Assembly: GCA_030765485.1 (NCBI GenBank)
Contig: JAVCCR010000032.1
Span: 166,289-230,288, forward strand
Direction: 5' to 3'
DNA from: Candidatus Gygaella obscura
Lineage (GTDB): Bacteria; Omnitrophota; Gorgyraeia; Gygaellales; Gygaellaceae
Length of the DNA stretch: 64,000 nt
The notes under the pieces were generated by a model. It was not told the origin of the DNA. It saw only the letters and a program-made list of their open reading frames with translations, and did not search any database. The position numbers and the translations under genes were made by a program. Below, piece by piece: positions 29,450-39,405 of this stretch (position 1 is the stretch's first letter; every line of letters begins with the position of its first letter).

Positions 29450-32038
29450 ATGATTATGAAAAATAAAAAAGGTATTGCTATTATTGTAACATATTCTATC
29501 CTTGTGCTTTTGTTGATGCTTTCTGCCGCGTTTATGTATCAGGGTATAAACGCCAATTATTTAACTAAAAAAAAGCTTACTAATAATACTGCGCGTGCAA
29601 ATGCAGAAAAAGGTATTGCTTATGTTTTAAGGGAGCTTTCTTTTAATTCTGATTTGATAACGCATACGGTTAATGCTTCTACAGATGTCTTAGAGAGTGC
29701 TGATCTTACTGCGACTCTTAAATTGCCCAATACTGCTATTTTAAATGATGCCCAACTTGATATAGACGGTTGTTACTTTGGTTATGGAAGTTCTGTTAGC
29801 GATGTTCTATTTAGGGTAAAAACATATCATAAGCCAGGTTCAGAAGGTGATACAGTGGTTGTAAGTCAAGGTATAGACGCAGGTCATACTGTTTATCTGG
29901 CTTCGACTATAAGCTCTACGAGTCTTTATGATTATTTTATGTTTTTTCAAGGGAATCAGTCTTTTGGTTGGGGAAGTAATTTTGATGGGAAAGGTTTAGG
30001 AAGAATTTTTGTTAACGGCAATGCTTATTTTACTCAGGGTAAGATTACCGATGCTGCAGAATTTGCTGTTGCAAAGGATATAAAGATTCCCGCGAGTACT
30101 TATAATACGCCTGCTAGGTTAGACTCAATTGATGGAACAACAGATAATAAGGCTCCGTTACCTACTCTATATGTAGATATGGATTGTGGTAGTATTGCAA
30201 GTGATCCTGCGTTGAAACAAGTCGCGTTTGACAATATTCATTATAATGATGCTAGTGATTGGCCGCCACCTTACATGACAATGACTACGGAAGCACGAAA
30301 GGCGATTTATAACGAAATCCATGATTTTAACGGAGATGGTAATGTAAATAAACTTGATTATGTTTACATCCCGGATAAGACCGATGAAACAAAATCTTTA
30401 CCTTGGAAAGCAGATGGTTATGTTTATAACGAATGGTTGCCCGCAGGTAGTTATATCAGGGACTGGAAAGATGTAGATAACCATTTTTATATACCTTCAA
30501 ATTTTTATAAGCAGTTTATTTTTACTGCTGAAGGAAGTGGGACTACTGCAGATTATTCATTTAATCTTCCTAGTACAGGCAGTACACCTGCTTTTGCAAC
30601 GAGTTGGGATTGGCAGATGTATAATACAAGCGAGCCATATCCTTTAACCTGGCAGGCTTATGATTATGAAACAGGCGCAGTGGTGGACGTTGCGAATAAT
30701 TTTAGTGATGAAGGATACTGGAAAAATATTCTAAGGGCCTTAGAGGATACTGGTAATCTTAGTGATATTGATAAAGCCGATATTGAAAATTACGCCTGGG
30801 CTTATGGAAGTAATACAACAGTAAGCGTTAATTATTTGGATACTGCCGTACAATCTCTAGAATGGAATGGTTGGCTTGAAAGCACAACTATGGCTTTGGA
30901 TTCCGGAGATACTTTAAAATTGTCTGATGTTGTTAAAACCAATGAAGGTATTATTAATCCTCCTGAGGTAGCAGAGTATTATGCTACATTAGCCCAGGAT
31001 CCTACCGTGGGTATTTATATTGATCCAGATGAGATTATTGCAGGAAGTTCTGCTGATCCTAAAGTTCAGGCTTTAATTGATGAAAGTTGCATTACAATGA
31101 CACAATTCTATAATAATTATAATCCTGTTGTTGATACAACTACAACAAAAGATCCCGATACAACCAATGATATTACATTTCCTGAACCGGCAGTAAAAGT
31201 TGATGTTGCCTGTGTAAAGGCTTTATCTGACTCAGGTGAATCTTTTAAGGCAAATGTGATTTATGTAAAGCCTGCGATAAAAAGTGTTGCCGGTCAATTA
31301 GTAGATAATTCTCCTTCTGGCACAAATAAAGATATACCTATAAGTAGTCTTCTTGTTAATGGTGAAAGTATTCCCGATGGGGGCATGACTTTTGTAGCAC
31401 CTTATCCAGTTTATGTAAAGTCAGATTTTAATATTTCCGATCCTCAGCCAGCATCCATTATAACGAATTCTAACTACTATGTTTTATCTGATCAATATCA
31501 GGATTATGGTACAGAAAGACGTACATCACTCAATAAACCTGCGACAACCTGTACAGGTGAATTTACTGATCCCAGTTGTGATGGGCCTCAGCATCTGCCC
31601 GGTCTTAGATATTCAACTGACGGTTATTCAAATCCGCTTGAGTATCCATATGAAACTCCGGAACATACTATTTTTGCGGGAAAGAACAATCCACCTGTTG
31701 CTGCAGAAAATAAAATGGGTGATATAACACAAAGGGTATCAGTTGTTATTCCCGGAGGTCTTTATACTTCGATTGAAAACGGCTATGGTTCAACAGTTAG
31801 TATAATCGGTTCGAGAATAGAAGTAGATTCATGGACAAGTGAAAGTAGTAGGCTTGGGTATTATGATCGCAGTAGGGTAAGCCCTGGTGGTGTTAGTACA
31901 TACTATGGTGCTAGCGTTGTCCGGGATTATGATGAAATGTTACTGACAAGTAAGCCCCCGGGAGATTTTAGCGGTACAGCAAGTGAGCTGATGGTTGAGG
32001 TAACAGCAGATGATTTCTTGAAGAACACGAAATTCTAA
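29450..32038 (+). CDS. Large PilX/GspK-like minor pilin with acidic extracellular domain
   Basis: KKG|IAIIV lacking Glu5, A..NAE.GI motif, ~800 aa D/T/S/Y-rich body ending in RDYD..L....PPG. Confidence 0.75.
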   Translation: MIMKNKKGIAIIVTYSILVLLLMLSAAFMYQGINANYLTKKKLTNNTARANAEKGIAYVLRELSFNSDLITHTVNASTDVLESADLTATLKLPNTAILNDAQLDIDGCYFGYGSSVSDVLFRVKTYHKPGSEGDTVVVSQGIDAGHTVYLASTISSTSLYDYFMFFQGNQSFGWGSNFDGKGLGRIFVNGNAYFTQGKITDAAEFAVAKDIKIPASTYNTPARLDSIDGTTDNKAPLPTLYVDMDCGSIASDPALKQVAFDNIHYNDASDWPPPYMTMTTEARKAIYNEIHDFNGDGNVNKLDYVYIPDKTDETKSLPWKADGYVYNEWLPAGSYIRDWKDVDNHFYIPSNFYKQFIFTAEGSGTTADYSFNLPSTGSTPAFATSWDWQMYNTSEPYPLTWQAYDYETGAVVDVANNFSDEGYWKNILRALEDTGNLSDIDKADIENYAWAYGSNTTVSVNYLDTAVQSLEWNGWLESTTMALDSGDTLKLSDVVKTNEGIINPPEVAEYYATLAQDPTVGIYIDPDEIIAGSSADPKVQALIDESCITMTQFYNNYNPVVDTTTTKDPDTTNDITFPEPAVKVDVACVKALSDSGESFKANVIYVKPAIKSVAGQLVDNSPSGTNKDIPISSLLVNGESIPDGGMTFVAPYPVYVKSDFNISDPQPASIITNSNYYVLSDQYQDYGTERRTSLNKPATTCTGEFTDPSCDGPQHLPGLRYSTDGYSNPLEYPYETPEHTIFAGKNNPPVAAENKMGDITQRVSVVIPGGLYTSIENGYGSTVSIIGSRIEVDSWTSESSRLGYYDRSRVSPGGVSTYYGASVVRDYDEMLLTSKPPGDFSGTASELMVEVTADDFLKNTKF

Positions 32039-32048
32039 TTTTTAATTA

Positions 32049-32702
32049 ATGGCGCAGATAAATCTTTTACAGACAAGGATGGTTTTAAAGACAAAAAAAG
32101 CCAAGGCGCAAAATGGTGCAGGTAGCGCTAAGGGTTTTAATTTTGATTTTAAGATAAATTTCAGAAGAATGCCCCGCTGGTTTTTTATAATTGCTATTGG
32201 CTGGATTGCGTTTTTATTTATCGGTGAAACTGTATTGCTTTTGCGTCTGAGTGGTGAGAAGAAGAAATTAAGAATTTTAGAAACCGAAGGAACTCTTTTT
32301 TCAAAGAGCCCTAAGGAATTGAGTGCTTTAAAGAAAAGAAAAAAAAGCATGCAGGATGCTTTAGGTATTATTGAGAGTTTTTTGATTACCAAAACACCGT
32401 TTTCGCAGGCGCTAAATATTATCAGTGATGAAGTAGTTGATGGTCTTTGGCTCGAGAAGATATTTTTTAATTCTAAAAAAATTGATAAAGATAACGATCA
32501 AATAATTATAAAGATAAACGGTAAGGTTTATTCAGTAATTGCCCAAGAACAGATTGATATTCTGGGACAGTTTTCTAGTGGTTTAAAAAATAATCCTTAT
32601 TTTGAGTTATTATTTAGTGGTCTAAAGGTAGGCAATCTTAAAAATGTAAATTTTCTTGGTTTTGATGTGTTGGATTTTGAGATGGAGGTAACTTTAAAAT
32701 AA
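32049..32702 (+). CDS. PilN-like alignment protein
   Basis: N-terminal INLL PilM-binding motif, TM helix, coiled coil, 'DGLWL' ferredoxin-like domain. Confidence 0.7.
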   Translation: MAQINLLQTRMVLKTKKAKAQNGAGSAKGFNFDFKINFRRMPRWFFIIAIGWIAFLFIGETVLLLRLSGEKKKLRILETEGTLFSKSPKELSALKKRKKSMQDALGIIESFLITKTPFSQALNIISDEVVDGLWLEKIFFNSKKIDKDNDQIIIKINGKVYSVIAQEQIDILGQFSSGLKNNPYFELLFSGLKVGNLKNVNFLGFDVLDFEMEVTLK

Positions 32703-32707
32703 GGCAT

Positions 32708-33289
32708 ATGGATTTCGATATTAAACAAATTATTGATTGGGCTAAGTTGCGCAAAGTAGAACTGATTCTGCTTAGCGTGTTATTTTTGATAAGTACTGTA
32801 TTGTCTTTCTTGCTATTTCAACCGCAGGCAAGAAAAATCATGCAGTCTCAAGAGAATCTTAAAGCAAGCACAAAAGATACTAGTAATCTGCGTACGGCAC
32901 AGGTTGAGTTAGCTAATTTGAAAAAAGAGATTATTTCTATCGAGGAGAAATTAGTAAGCCACGAGGGAAAACTTTTTTCTCAGGAAGACTCGCAGGCATT
33001 TTTAAATTATATCAACCGGATTTCAAAGTTTTATAACGTGAGGATTCAAAAGATTAATCCACTTTCACAGGTAAAGAAGGAAGTGAAATCTCTTGATAAG
33101 ATTTATTTAGCTTCTCCTTATCGGTTGAGTTTAACTTGCAGTTATCATAATCTGGGTAAATTCTTAAATAAATTGGAGCAGTCAAAAGATAGGTTTGTTA
33201 GGGTTGATAGTCTTTCCGTACAGGCTGATAGTTCTAAGACAAGAGAGCATAAAGTTGAGCTGGGGATAACTATTTTTTCCATAATGTGA
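32708..33289 (+). CDS. pilO: PilO-like alignment protein
   Basis: TM helix, coiled coil, SYHNLGKFLNKLE motif; follows the pilN-like gene. Confidence 0.8.
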   Translation: MDFDIKQIIDWAKLRKVELILLSVLFLISTVLSFLLFQPQARKIMQSQENLKASTKDTSNLRTAQVELANLKKEIISIEEKLVSHEGKLFSQEDSQAFLNYINRISKFYNVRIQKINPLSQVKKEVKSLDKIYLASPYRLSLTCSYHNLGKFLNKLEQSKDRFVRVDSLSVQADSSKTREHKVELGITIFSIM

Positions 33290-33290
33290 G

Positions 33291-33677
33291 ATGAAAAGAA
33301 TAATTATAATATTTTTGGTTTTGATTTTAACTTCAATTTGTCTTGCAGAAGAAAATGCTTTTGAAGAAAGATTGAGTTTTAAGTATAATGATAATGATAA
33401 GCGTGATCCGTTGATCCCTTTACTTGATAAAGATGGTTTACGTCCTAAATCAGAGTTGTTTGAGAAGGCAGAGCTGCCTATAGAAATAAATTTATCAGGT
33501 ATTGTTTGGAATAAAGATGTGCAATTTGCTATAATAAATGGTAAAATAGTAAAAGAAAATGAAGAAGTTGCAAGAGGGTTGATTTTAGAAAAAATAAATC
33601 TTGAAAGCGTCGTCTTGGAGTATGGAGAAAGAAGCACTACTATATATATAGGAGGCCCCAAGAAGGATGGTAAGTAG
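33291..33677 (+). CDS. PilP/GspC-like periplasmic protein
   Basis: Signal peptide, KRDPL, LSGIVW..AIING; directly before the secretin. Confidence 0.7.
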   Translation: MKRIIIIFLVLILTSICLAEENAFEERLSFKYNDNDKRDPLIPLLDKDGLRPKSELFEKAELPIEINLSGIVWNKDVQFAIINGKIVKENEEVARGLILEKINLESVVLEYGERSTTIYIGGPKKDGK

Positions 33678-35211
33678 TAAAAGAATAAAATTAGTTTTAA
33701 TTTTTTTATTTATTTTTAGTTTCTGCAACTTTACACTTTACGGTGAAGAGCCGTCTATGATTGAGCCTTTATCTGATGAGTATCAGATGGCCTTTGAGCA
33801 AATATCCCAAGAAAAACCACAGCAAGAGATTAAACAAGAGTCTAAAGAAGAGCCTATTGCTATTGAAGCAGGCCGGTCTTTTAACGGAGAAAATACTATA
33901 GATGAAGATTTTGTGAATCTGGCCTTTGATAATGCTGATATCCGCGATGTTATTAAGGTATTGGCTGCGAAAAGCGATATGAATATTATCGTTGGAGAAG
34001 ACGTAAAGGCTAATGTTACCATGAAGCTTAAGGATGTTATCTGGGAGTCGGCCTTAGAATTAATTCTAAACACGTATAATCTTACTTATCAAAAAGAAGG
34101 CAATCTTATAAGAGTTATGACTTTAACTGAGGCAGAAGAGGTAGCGAAGAAAGTACCTATGATTACAAAGATTATTCCTCTTAATTTTGCTCAGACTGCG
34201 GAGATGTCAGCATCGATTGCAAAGATGCTTTCTGCAAGAGGTTCTGTTCAGGAAAATAGCCGTACTAATACGCTGATTATTACTGATATTCCTTCGCGCG
34301 TAAGGATGATGGAAGAGACTATTGAAAAACTTGATACGCCTACGCCGCAGGTTTTAATTAATGTGTTGATTGTCGATATTACTTTAACCGACAGTGATGA
34401 TTTAGGTGTTGACTGGCAGGCAATTACTACAAATCAGCTTGCAGATCTTTCTTCTGCTAATAGATCGAAGACAGCTACATTAACACAGCCCAGCAACATG
34501 TCTTCAACCGGAGGACCGGCATTTACGCTAGCGCTTGTTAAAAAATTCGGCGAAGCTGATTTCACCGCTAATCTACAGGCATGGATTGAAAATAAAGAAG
34601 CAAAGGTTTTAGCAAATCCAAGGATTTTGACGCTTGATAACCAGGAAGCAAAGATTGAGATAATAAATCAATTTCCTTATTTGCAGACTTCCAGTTCAAG
34701 TGATGGCGGTACTACATCGGGAACTGAATATAAGAATATTGGAACAAGTCTTAGCGTTACTGCGCATATTACTAATGATGGGCATATAACTTTGAATCTA
34801 AAACCTTCTCAGGATATAAATGCTGGAAGTGATTCTACTACAGGTGCACCAATAGTTGATACACGTTCAGCGGAAACAAACGTGTTGGTAAGAGATGGCC
34901 AGACTGTTGCTTTAGGCGGTTTAAGGCGCGTTGATAGGGCTACAACTGTTAATAAAGTTCCTATTTTAGGAGATATCCCCTTTATTGGTAAAATATTCCA
35001 GAATAGACAGATTGATGATAAAGATGTTGAGTTGGTGATGTTTGTCACGCCTTATATAATTAAGGATGCTGGAATTAGCGAAGAGGAAAAAATATTTATA
35101 GAAGCAAATCTTCCTGGTCCGCAGAGGCCGTTTTCCCGGAATAGTCCTTTTCTTCTGGAAGAAAAATACGATTTAAGACCTCCTGTAAAAAAAATTAAAG
35201 GGAATTGGTAA
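33667..35211 (+). CDS. pilQ: Secretin (PilQ/GspD family)
   Basis: L.F.NADIRDV STN domain, RTNTLIITD, LDTPTPQVLI, NP.I.TLDNQEA.I, DGQTVALGGL, VPILGDIPFIG..F. Confidence 0.9.
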   Translation: MVSSKRIKLVLIFLFIFSFCNFTLYGEEPSMIEPLSDEYQMAFEQISQEKPQQEIKQESKEEPIAIEAGRSFNGENTIDEDFVNLAFDNADIRDVIKVLAAKSDMNIIVGEDVKANVTMKLKDVIWESALELILNTYNLTYQKEGNLIRVMTLTEAEEVAKKVPMITKIIPLNFAQTAEMSASIAKMLSARGSVQENSRTNTLIITDIPSRVRMMEETIEKLDTPTPQVLINVLIVDITLTDSDDLGVDWQAITTNQLADLSSANRSKTATLTQPSNMSSTGGPAFTLALVKKFGEADFTANLQAWIENKEAKVLANPRILTLDNQEAKIEIINQFPYLQTSSSSDGGTTSGTEYKNIGTSLSVTAHITNDGHITLNLKPSQDINAGSDSTTGAPIVDTRSAETNVLVRDGQTVALGGLRRVDRATTVNKVPILGDIPFIGKIFQNRQIDDKDVELVMFVTPYIIKDAGISEEEKIFIEANLPGPQRPFSRNSPFLLEEKYDLRPPVKKIKGNW

Positions 35212-36854
35212 TGAGAAGAAAGCTTCCATTTGTTTTTGCACTTTTATTTTCCATTTCTTTTTTAAATTGTTCCTTTGTTAAAGCAGAGTATTCTCTTATT
35301 GGTGAAGAGGGATTGATTTGGAAGAAAAGCGTCGACGGCATAAAAGATGCAGTAAGAGATTTGCTTGCAGAGAATAAGAATTTAAAGCAGCAGATCGATT
35401 TAAGATCTCTTGAGATGCATAAGCTAAATGAAGTTCTTAAGGCTTTGCAGGATAAAAACGACACGTTGGAAAAGAAGATTGAATCAATGGATCTTAAGGT
35501 TACATTAAATAGCAAAGTCAAATCTCTTACCCGGAGAAATGAATCTTTAAAAGGGCTAAAAGGCTCGTTAGAAGTGGAGGTTAAACAGCTAAGGGCAAAT
35601 AATATAAAATTAAAAAAAGATTCCGATGTTTTGGAGAAAGAGGTTAGTTCTTTAGGTAAAAGATTCGAAATCACTCAAACCCAGCTTGAGGAATTAAAGG
35701 ATTCGTATATAAATTTTAAACAAAAGTCAGTTGATTATGAGAAAGAGTTAGAAGGAAAGTTGATAAATCTACAATCAGAAAATAAAAGGTCATCTGGAGC
35801 TATCCAGGATAACGAGAAATTAGCTGTTCAGCTTCGAGATTTAAAAGAAGAAAAGATTGATCTTCTAAGTCAGCTTAAGACTACAAAAGAGCAGTTTAAG
35901 AATATCGATTCATTAAGTCAGAAGATTGTTGATTTACAGAATGAAAAGCAAAGATTATCCGATAGTTTAGAAAATTCTCGAATTGAAATTGAGGAGCTGA
36001 AAAAAACTCTGGAAGAAAAAGACAATTTTATAGATTCCAATAAAAATGAACTTAAAAAGATTGAATTGCTCTCAAATGAATTATCTAAAGCCGAGAAGGA
36101 AAAGTTAGGTTTTAAAGATGAAATTGTTTCTCTTAAGATACAGTTAAATGAATCCAACAATAAATTAGAGATTTCTGAAAAAGAGATAGAGGTTTTAAGC
36201 GAATCTTTCAATAAATTCAAGCAAAAATCTATTGAAAATCAAGAAAAACTAATTGAAACACAAAAAGAAAACACCAACCTAGGAAGCAGAATCGCTCCTT
36301 TAAAAAATCAACTTGATAATTTACAGGAAAAACTCGTAATTTTAGAAAAAGAAAAAGACTTGGCTTTAAGAAAATCCGTTGTTGTAAATGATGCAGATAA
36401 GGCTAAAAAGGTTAAAAGAATTCCTGTTTATTTAAAAGAGCAGGTTGAAGATAAAAGTAGCACAATACCTAAAGTTATAAAATTAAGGGCATTTCAACAA
36501 GCAGAAAAAAAACTTAACAGCTTACAAAAGCTTGATTTAGGTATTATTGAAGTCATGCTAAGTAACGCTTATAATTACGCTAATAATAATCAGATAAGCC
36601 TAGCATCTCGGGAATATAGAAAGGTTTTAGATCTTGATTCTAAGAATAAAGATGCGCTTTTTAATCTTGGTGTTGTTTATTTAAATAATCATAATGTTAA
36701 ACATGCGATTGCTAATTTTGAGAAACTTGTAGAATTAGATCCAAATGATGCGCAGGCTTTGTATAACCTTGCTTTATGTTACAGTAAGATGCATAATAAA
36801 AAGCAAACCGAATTTTATTATTTAAAATACCTGGAACTTGAAAATGACTCTTGA
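35211..36854 (+). CDS. Exported long coiled-coil protein with C-terminal TPR repeats
   Basis: Signal peptide ending VKA|E, ~350 aa coiled coil, TPRs (ALFNLGVVY, ALYNLALCY); TAATG overlap with the secretin stop. Confidence 0.75.
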   Translation: MRRKLPFVFALLFSISFLNCSFVKAEYSLIGEEGLIWKKSVDGIKDAVRDLLAENKNLKQQIDLRSLEMHKLNEVLKALQDKNDTLEKKIESMDLKVTLNSKVKSLTRRNESLKGLKGSLEVEVKQLRANNIKLKKDSDVLEKEVSSLGKRFEITQTQLEELKDSYINFKQKSVDYEKELEGKLINLQSENKRSSGAIQDNEKLAVQLRDLKEEKIDLLSQLKTTKEQFKNIDSLSQKIVDLQNEKQRLSDSLENSRIEIEELKKTLEEKDNFIDSNKNELKKIELLSNELSKAEKEKLGFKDEIVSLKIQLNESNNKLEISEKEIEVLSESFNKFKQKSIENQEKLIETQKENTNLGSRIAPLKNQLDNLQEKLVILEKEKDLALRKSVVVNDADKAKKVKRIPVYLKEQVEDKSSTIPKVIKLRAFQQAEKKLNSLQKLDLGIIEVMLSNAYNYANNNQISLASREYRKVLDLDSKNKDALFNLGVVYLNNHNVKHAIANFEKLVELDPNDAQALYNLALCYSKMHNKKQTEFYYLKYLELENDS

Positions 36855-37920
36855 TCAAAAAGGCTTTTTAGGAATAAAGAGTAGTTTTTTTAAGAAAAAA
36901 GAAAAAAGTTTTGTTGGAATTGATATTGGTTCATCAAATCTTAAAATTGTAAGGCTTGCCCCGAATAAAGAAACTAAGAAAATCCAGTTAACTGATTTTG
37001 CGAATATAGCTTTTGAGGAACAGGTTTCTAGTGACCAGATAAAAAAGGCATTAGAGGAGGCATTACGCCAAACCAATATTTCCAAAGATAGCGATGTGGT
37101 TTTTAATATCCCCAATAACTCTGCGATAACCCGTTATGTTGTGATGCCGAAAATGAACCATGATGATTTAAGAAAGGCTATTGGGTATGAGCTGGAGAAA
37201 TATATTGCTTTTGATACAAAAGAAGCCGTTTACGACTTCCGTATTTTAGAAAACGCACAAGTAAAAGAAGGACATTTGAAGGTCCTTTTGGTTATTACTA
37301 AAAAGGAAACTGTTGATGAAAGGGTGAAGGCAATCGAGGATGTAGGGTTTATTCCTAAGGTGGTGAGTATTGATTCAGTTGTGATTTCTAATACATTTTA
37401 TCTTAATCATGCTGATAAAAAGGATAAGAATATCGCTATTGTAAATCTTGGTTCAAGGCTTTGTAGTATAAGTGTTGTAAGGGGCGGTATCTCCAATTTT
37501 ATGCGTGATATCGCTGTTGGCATAGAAAATATCGTAAGTCTGGTTTCGGAAAAGCTAGAGATGAATAAGGCCGATATCTTAAATTCTATATTAAAGCCGG
37601 AACTTCAGTCGAAAGAGTTTAAAGATATAATAAATTCTGTACTTTCAAATCTATTAAATGAACTTTACCTTTCTTTTGATTATTACGAAACGCAGTTTGA
37701 GACTTCTATCGATGAAATTTATATAACCGGTGGACTTTCGCAACAGCCGGGATTAATAGAATTTTTATCCAATAATCTAGGTATAACGGTAAATAAGCTT
37801 AATCCTTTACAGAACCTTGATATGTCAGTCGATTTGAGGTCGAAGCTTGATTCGAAGAAGGATATTATGGCTGTAAGCATAGGTCTTGCCTTAGAAGATT
37901 CCGATTTAAAATATTTTTAA
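36844..37920 (+). CDS. pilM: Type IV pilus assembly protein PilM
   Basis: VGIDIGSSNLKIV, E.EKYI.F...E..YDF, SFDYYE, IYITGG, A.SIGLAL. Confidence 0.88.
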   Translation: MTLDQKGFLGIKSSFFKKKEKSFVGIDIGSSNLKIVRLAPNKETKKIQLTDFANIAFEEQVSSDQIKKALEEALRQTNISKDSDVVFNIPNNSAITRYVVMPKMNHDDLRKAIGYELEKYIAFDTKEAVYDFRILENAQVKEGHLKVLLVITKKETVDERVKAIEDVGFIPKVVSIDSVVISNTFYLNHADKKDKNIAIVNLGSRLCSISVVRGGISNFMRDIAVGIENIVSLVSEKLEMNKADILNSILKPELQSKEFKDIINSVLSNLLNELYLSFDYYETQFETSIDEIYITGGLSQQPGLIEFLSNNLGITVNKLNPLQNLDMSVDLRSKLDSKKDIMAVSIGLALEDSDLKYF

Positions 37921-37928
37921 AATTTCTT

Positions 37929-38315
37929 ATGAAAAAAGAACTTATCGTTATTGGTGATAAAGTGTTGATTTCTGTTTATGAAGGAAGCGATAAGACAGAT
38001 TTTGGACTGTATTTACCTCAAGGGATAAAAGAAAAAGAAAAAGTTGCCGCAGGTTTGATTGTTAAATCCGGTCCCGGTTATCCTGTGTGGCAGGCAAATA
38101 CAATAGAGAATGAAGACTGGAAACAGCCTTATAATAAAGAAGCTACAAATTACATAGCGCTTCAAGCAAAAGAAGGTGATTATTGTATTTTCTTGCGTGA
38201 TTCTGCAGTGGAAGTCCGTTATGAAAAGAAAAAATACGTTGTAGTACCGCATTCGGCAATACTTCTTTTGGTCAGAGGCGATATTGACAAAGCGATAAAT
38301 CTTCTGGAAAAGTAA
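37929..38315 (+). CDS. Orphan GroES/Cpn10-like co-chaperonin
   Basis: IGDKVLI, KT.FGLYLP, G.IV..GPG, EGD..IF, Y.VV...AIL; no groEL in the window. Confidence 0.8.
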   Translation: MKKELIVIGDKVLISVYEGSDKTDFGLYLPQGIKEKEKVAAGLIVKSGPGYPVWQANTIENEDWKQPYNKEATNYIALQAKEGDYCIFLRDSAVEVRYEKKKYVVVPHSAILLLVRGDIDKAINLLEK

Positions 38316-38316
38316 T

Positions 38317-39405
38317 ATGAAAAAGGTTTTTATTGCAGCTACCAAGCAGAATGACGGTAAGACTACGGTAAGCCTTGGTCTTATCTCTAATCTTAACAGA
38401 CATTTTAAGAATATTGGTTTTATAAAGCCAATTGGCCAGCGTTATTTGGAAGAAGAAGGTTTTAAGGTTGATGAGGATTCAATTCTTATTGAAGAGGTTT
38501 TTGGGATAAGATGCGGTCTTAAGGATATGAATCCTATTGCTGTGGAAAGGGGTTTTACGGAAAAATATATCATAACTCCTAACGGCAAAAAGCTCACTCA
38601 GCAGATTAAAGATGCCTATAGGCATGTTTCAAAAAATAATGATTTTGTTGTTATTGAAGGCACCGGTCATGCAGGTGTGGGCTCTGTATTTGATTTGTCT
38701 AATGCTGCTGTGGCAAAACTTCTTAAGGCCAAGGTGATTATTATATCTTCTGGCGGTATAGGTAGGCCTGTAGACGAGATAATGCTTAATAAGGCGCTTT
38801 TTGATAAGTTAGGGGTAAAGGTTTTAGGCGTTATTATAAATAAAGTACTACCGGAGAAATCTGCAAAGATAGAAAAACTTTTGAAAAAACGGCTCACGCA
38901 ACTAAAAGTAGAAGTTTTAGGCGTTTTGCCTTACCTCCCGTTTCTTTCTTATCCTAATGTTGCACGGATCTCTGAGGAATTAGGTTTTAAGTTTTTTGTC
39001 GGTAAAGATAATGCGCATAATGTGGTTAAAAAAATCGTTATTGGGGCAATGCTGTCTCATGATGCCGTAGCCTATATAGAGGACGGTTCTTTAGTGATTA
39101 CCCCTGGTGATAGAGGAGATATGATTTTGACTGTTTTAAACTGTCATTTTGTCCAGACAAAAAAACGGATAAAAATATCAGGATTAATTTTAACAGGTGG
39201 TATAATGCCTAATAAAAGAGTACAGGAACTTCTTAAAAAATCCAATATCCCTGTTCTTTTATCTGAAAAAGACACCTATAGTGTTGCTTCATTAGTGCAT
39301 GATTTAGTAGTTAAGATCAGGTCTGATGATAAGGAAAAGATTGCCATGGCTCATGATATGTTTAAAGAAAATATTGATATAGAAAAGATTATTGGAGGAA
39401 TTTAA
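38317..39405 (+). CDS. BioD-like P-loop plus DRTGG protein (free N-terminal part of Pta)
   Basis: ATKQNDGKTT, IKPIGQ, IEGTGHAGVG, ITPGDRGD, LILTGG. Confidence 0.88.
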   Translation: MKKVFIAATKQNDGKTTVSLGLISNLNRHFKNIGFIKPIGQRYLEEEGFKVDEDSILIEEVFGIRCGLKDMNPIAVERGFTEKYIITPNGKKLTQQIKDAYRHVSKNNDFVVIEGTGHAGVGSVFDLSNAAVAKLLKAKVIIISSGGIGRPVDEIMLNKALFDKLGVKVLGVIINKVLPEKSAKIEKLLKKRLTQLKVEVLGVLPYLPFLSYPNVARISEELGFKFFVGKDNAHNVVKKIVIGAMLSHDAVAYIEDGSLVITPGDRGDMILTVLNCHFVQTKKRIKISGLILTGGIMPNKRVQELLKKSNIPVLLSEKDTYSVASLVHDLVVKIRSDDKEKIAMAHDMFKENIDIEKIIGGI

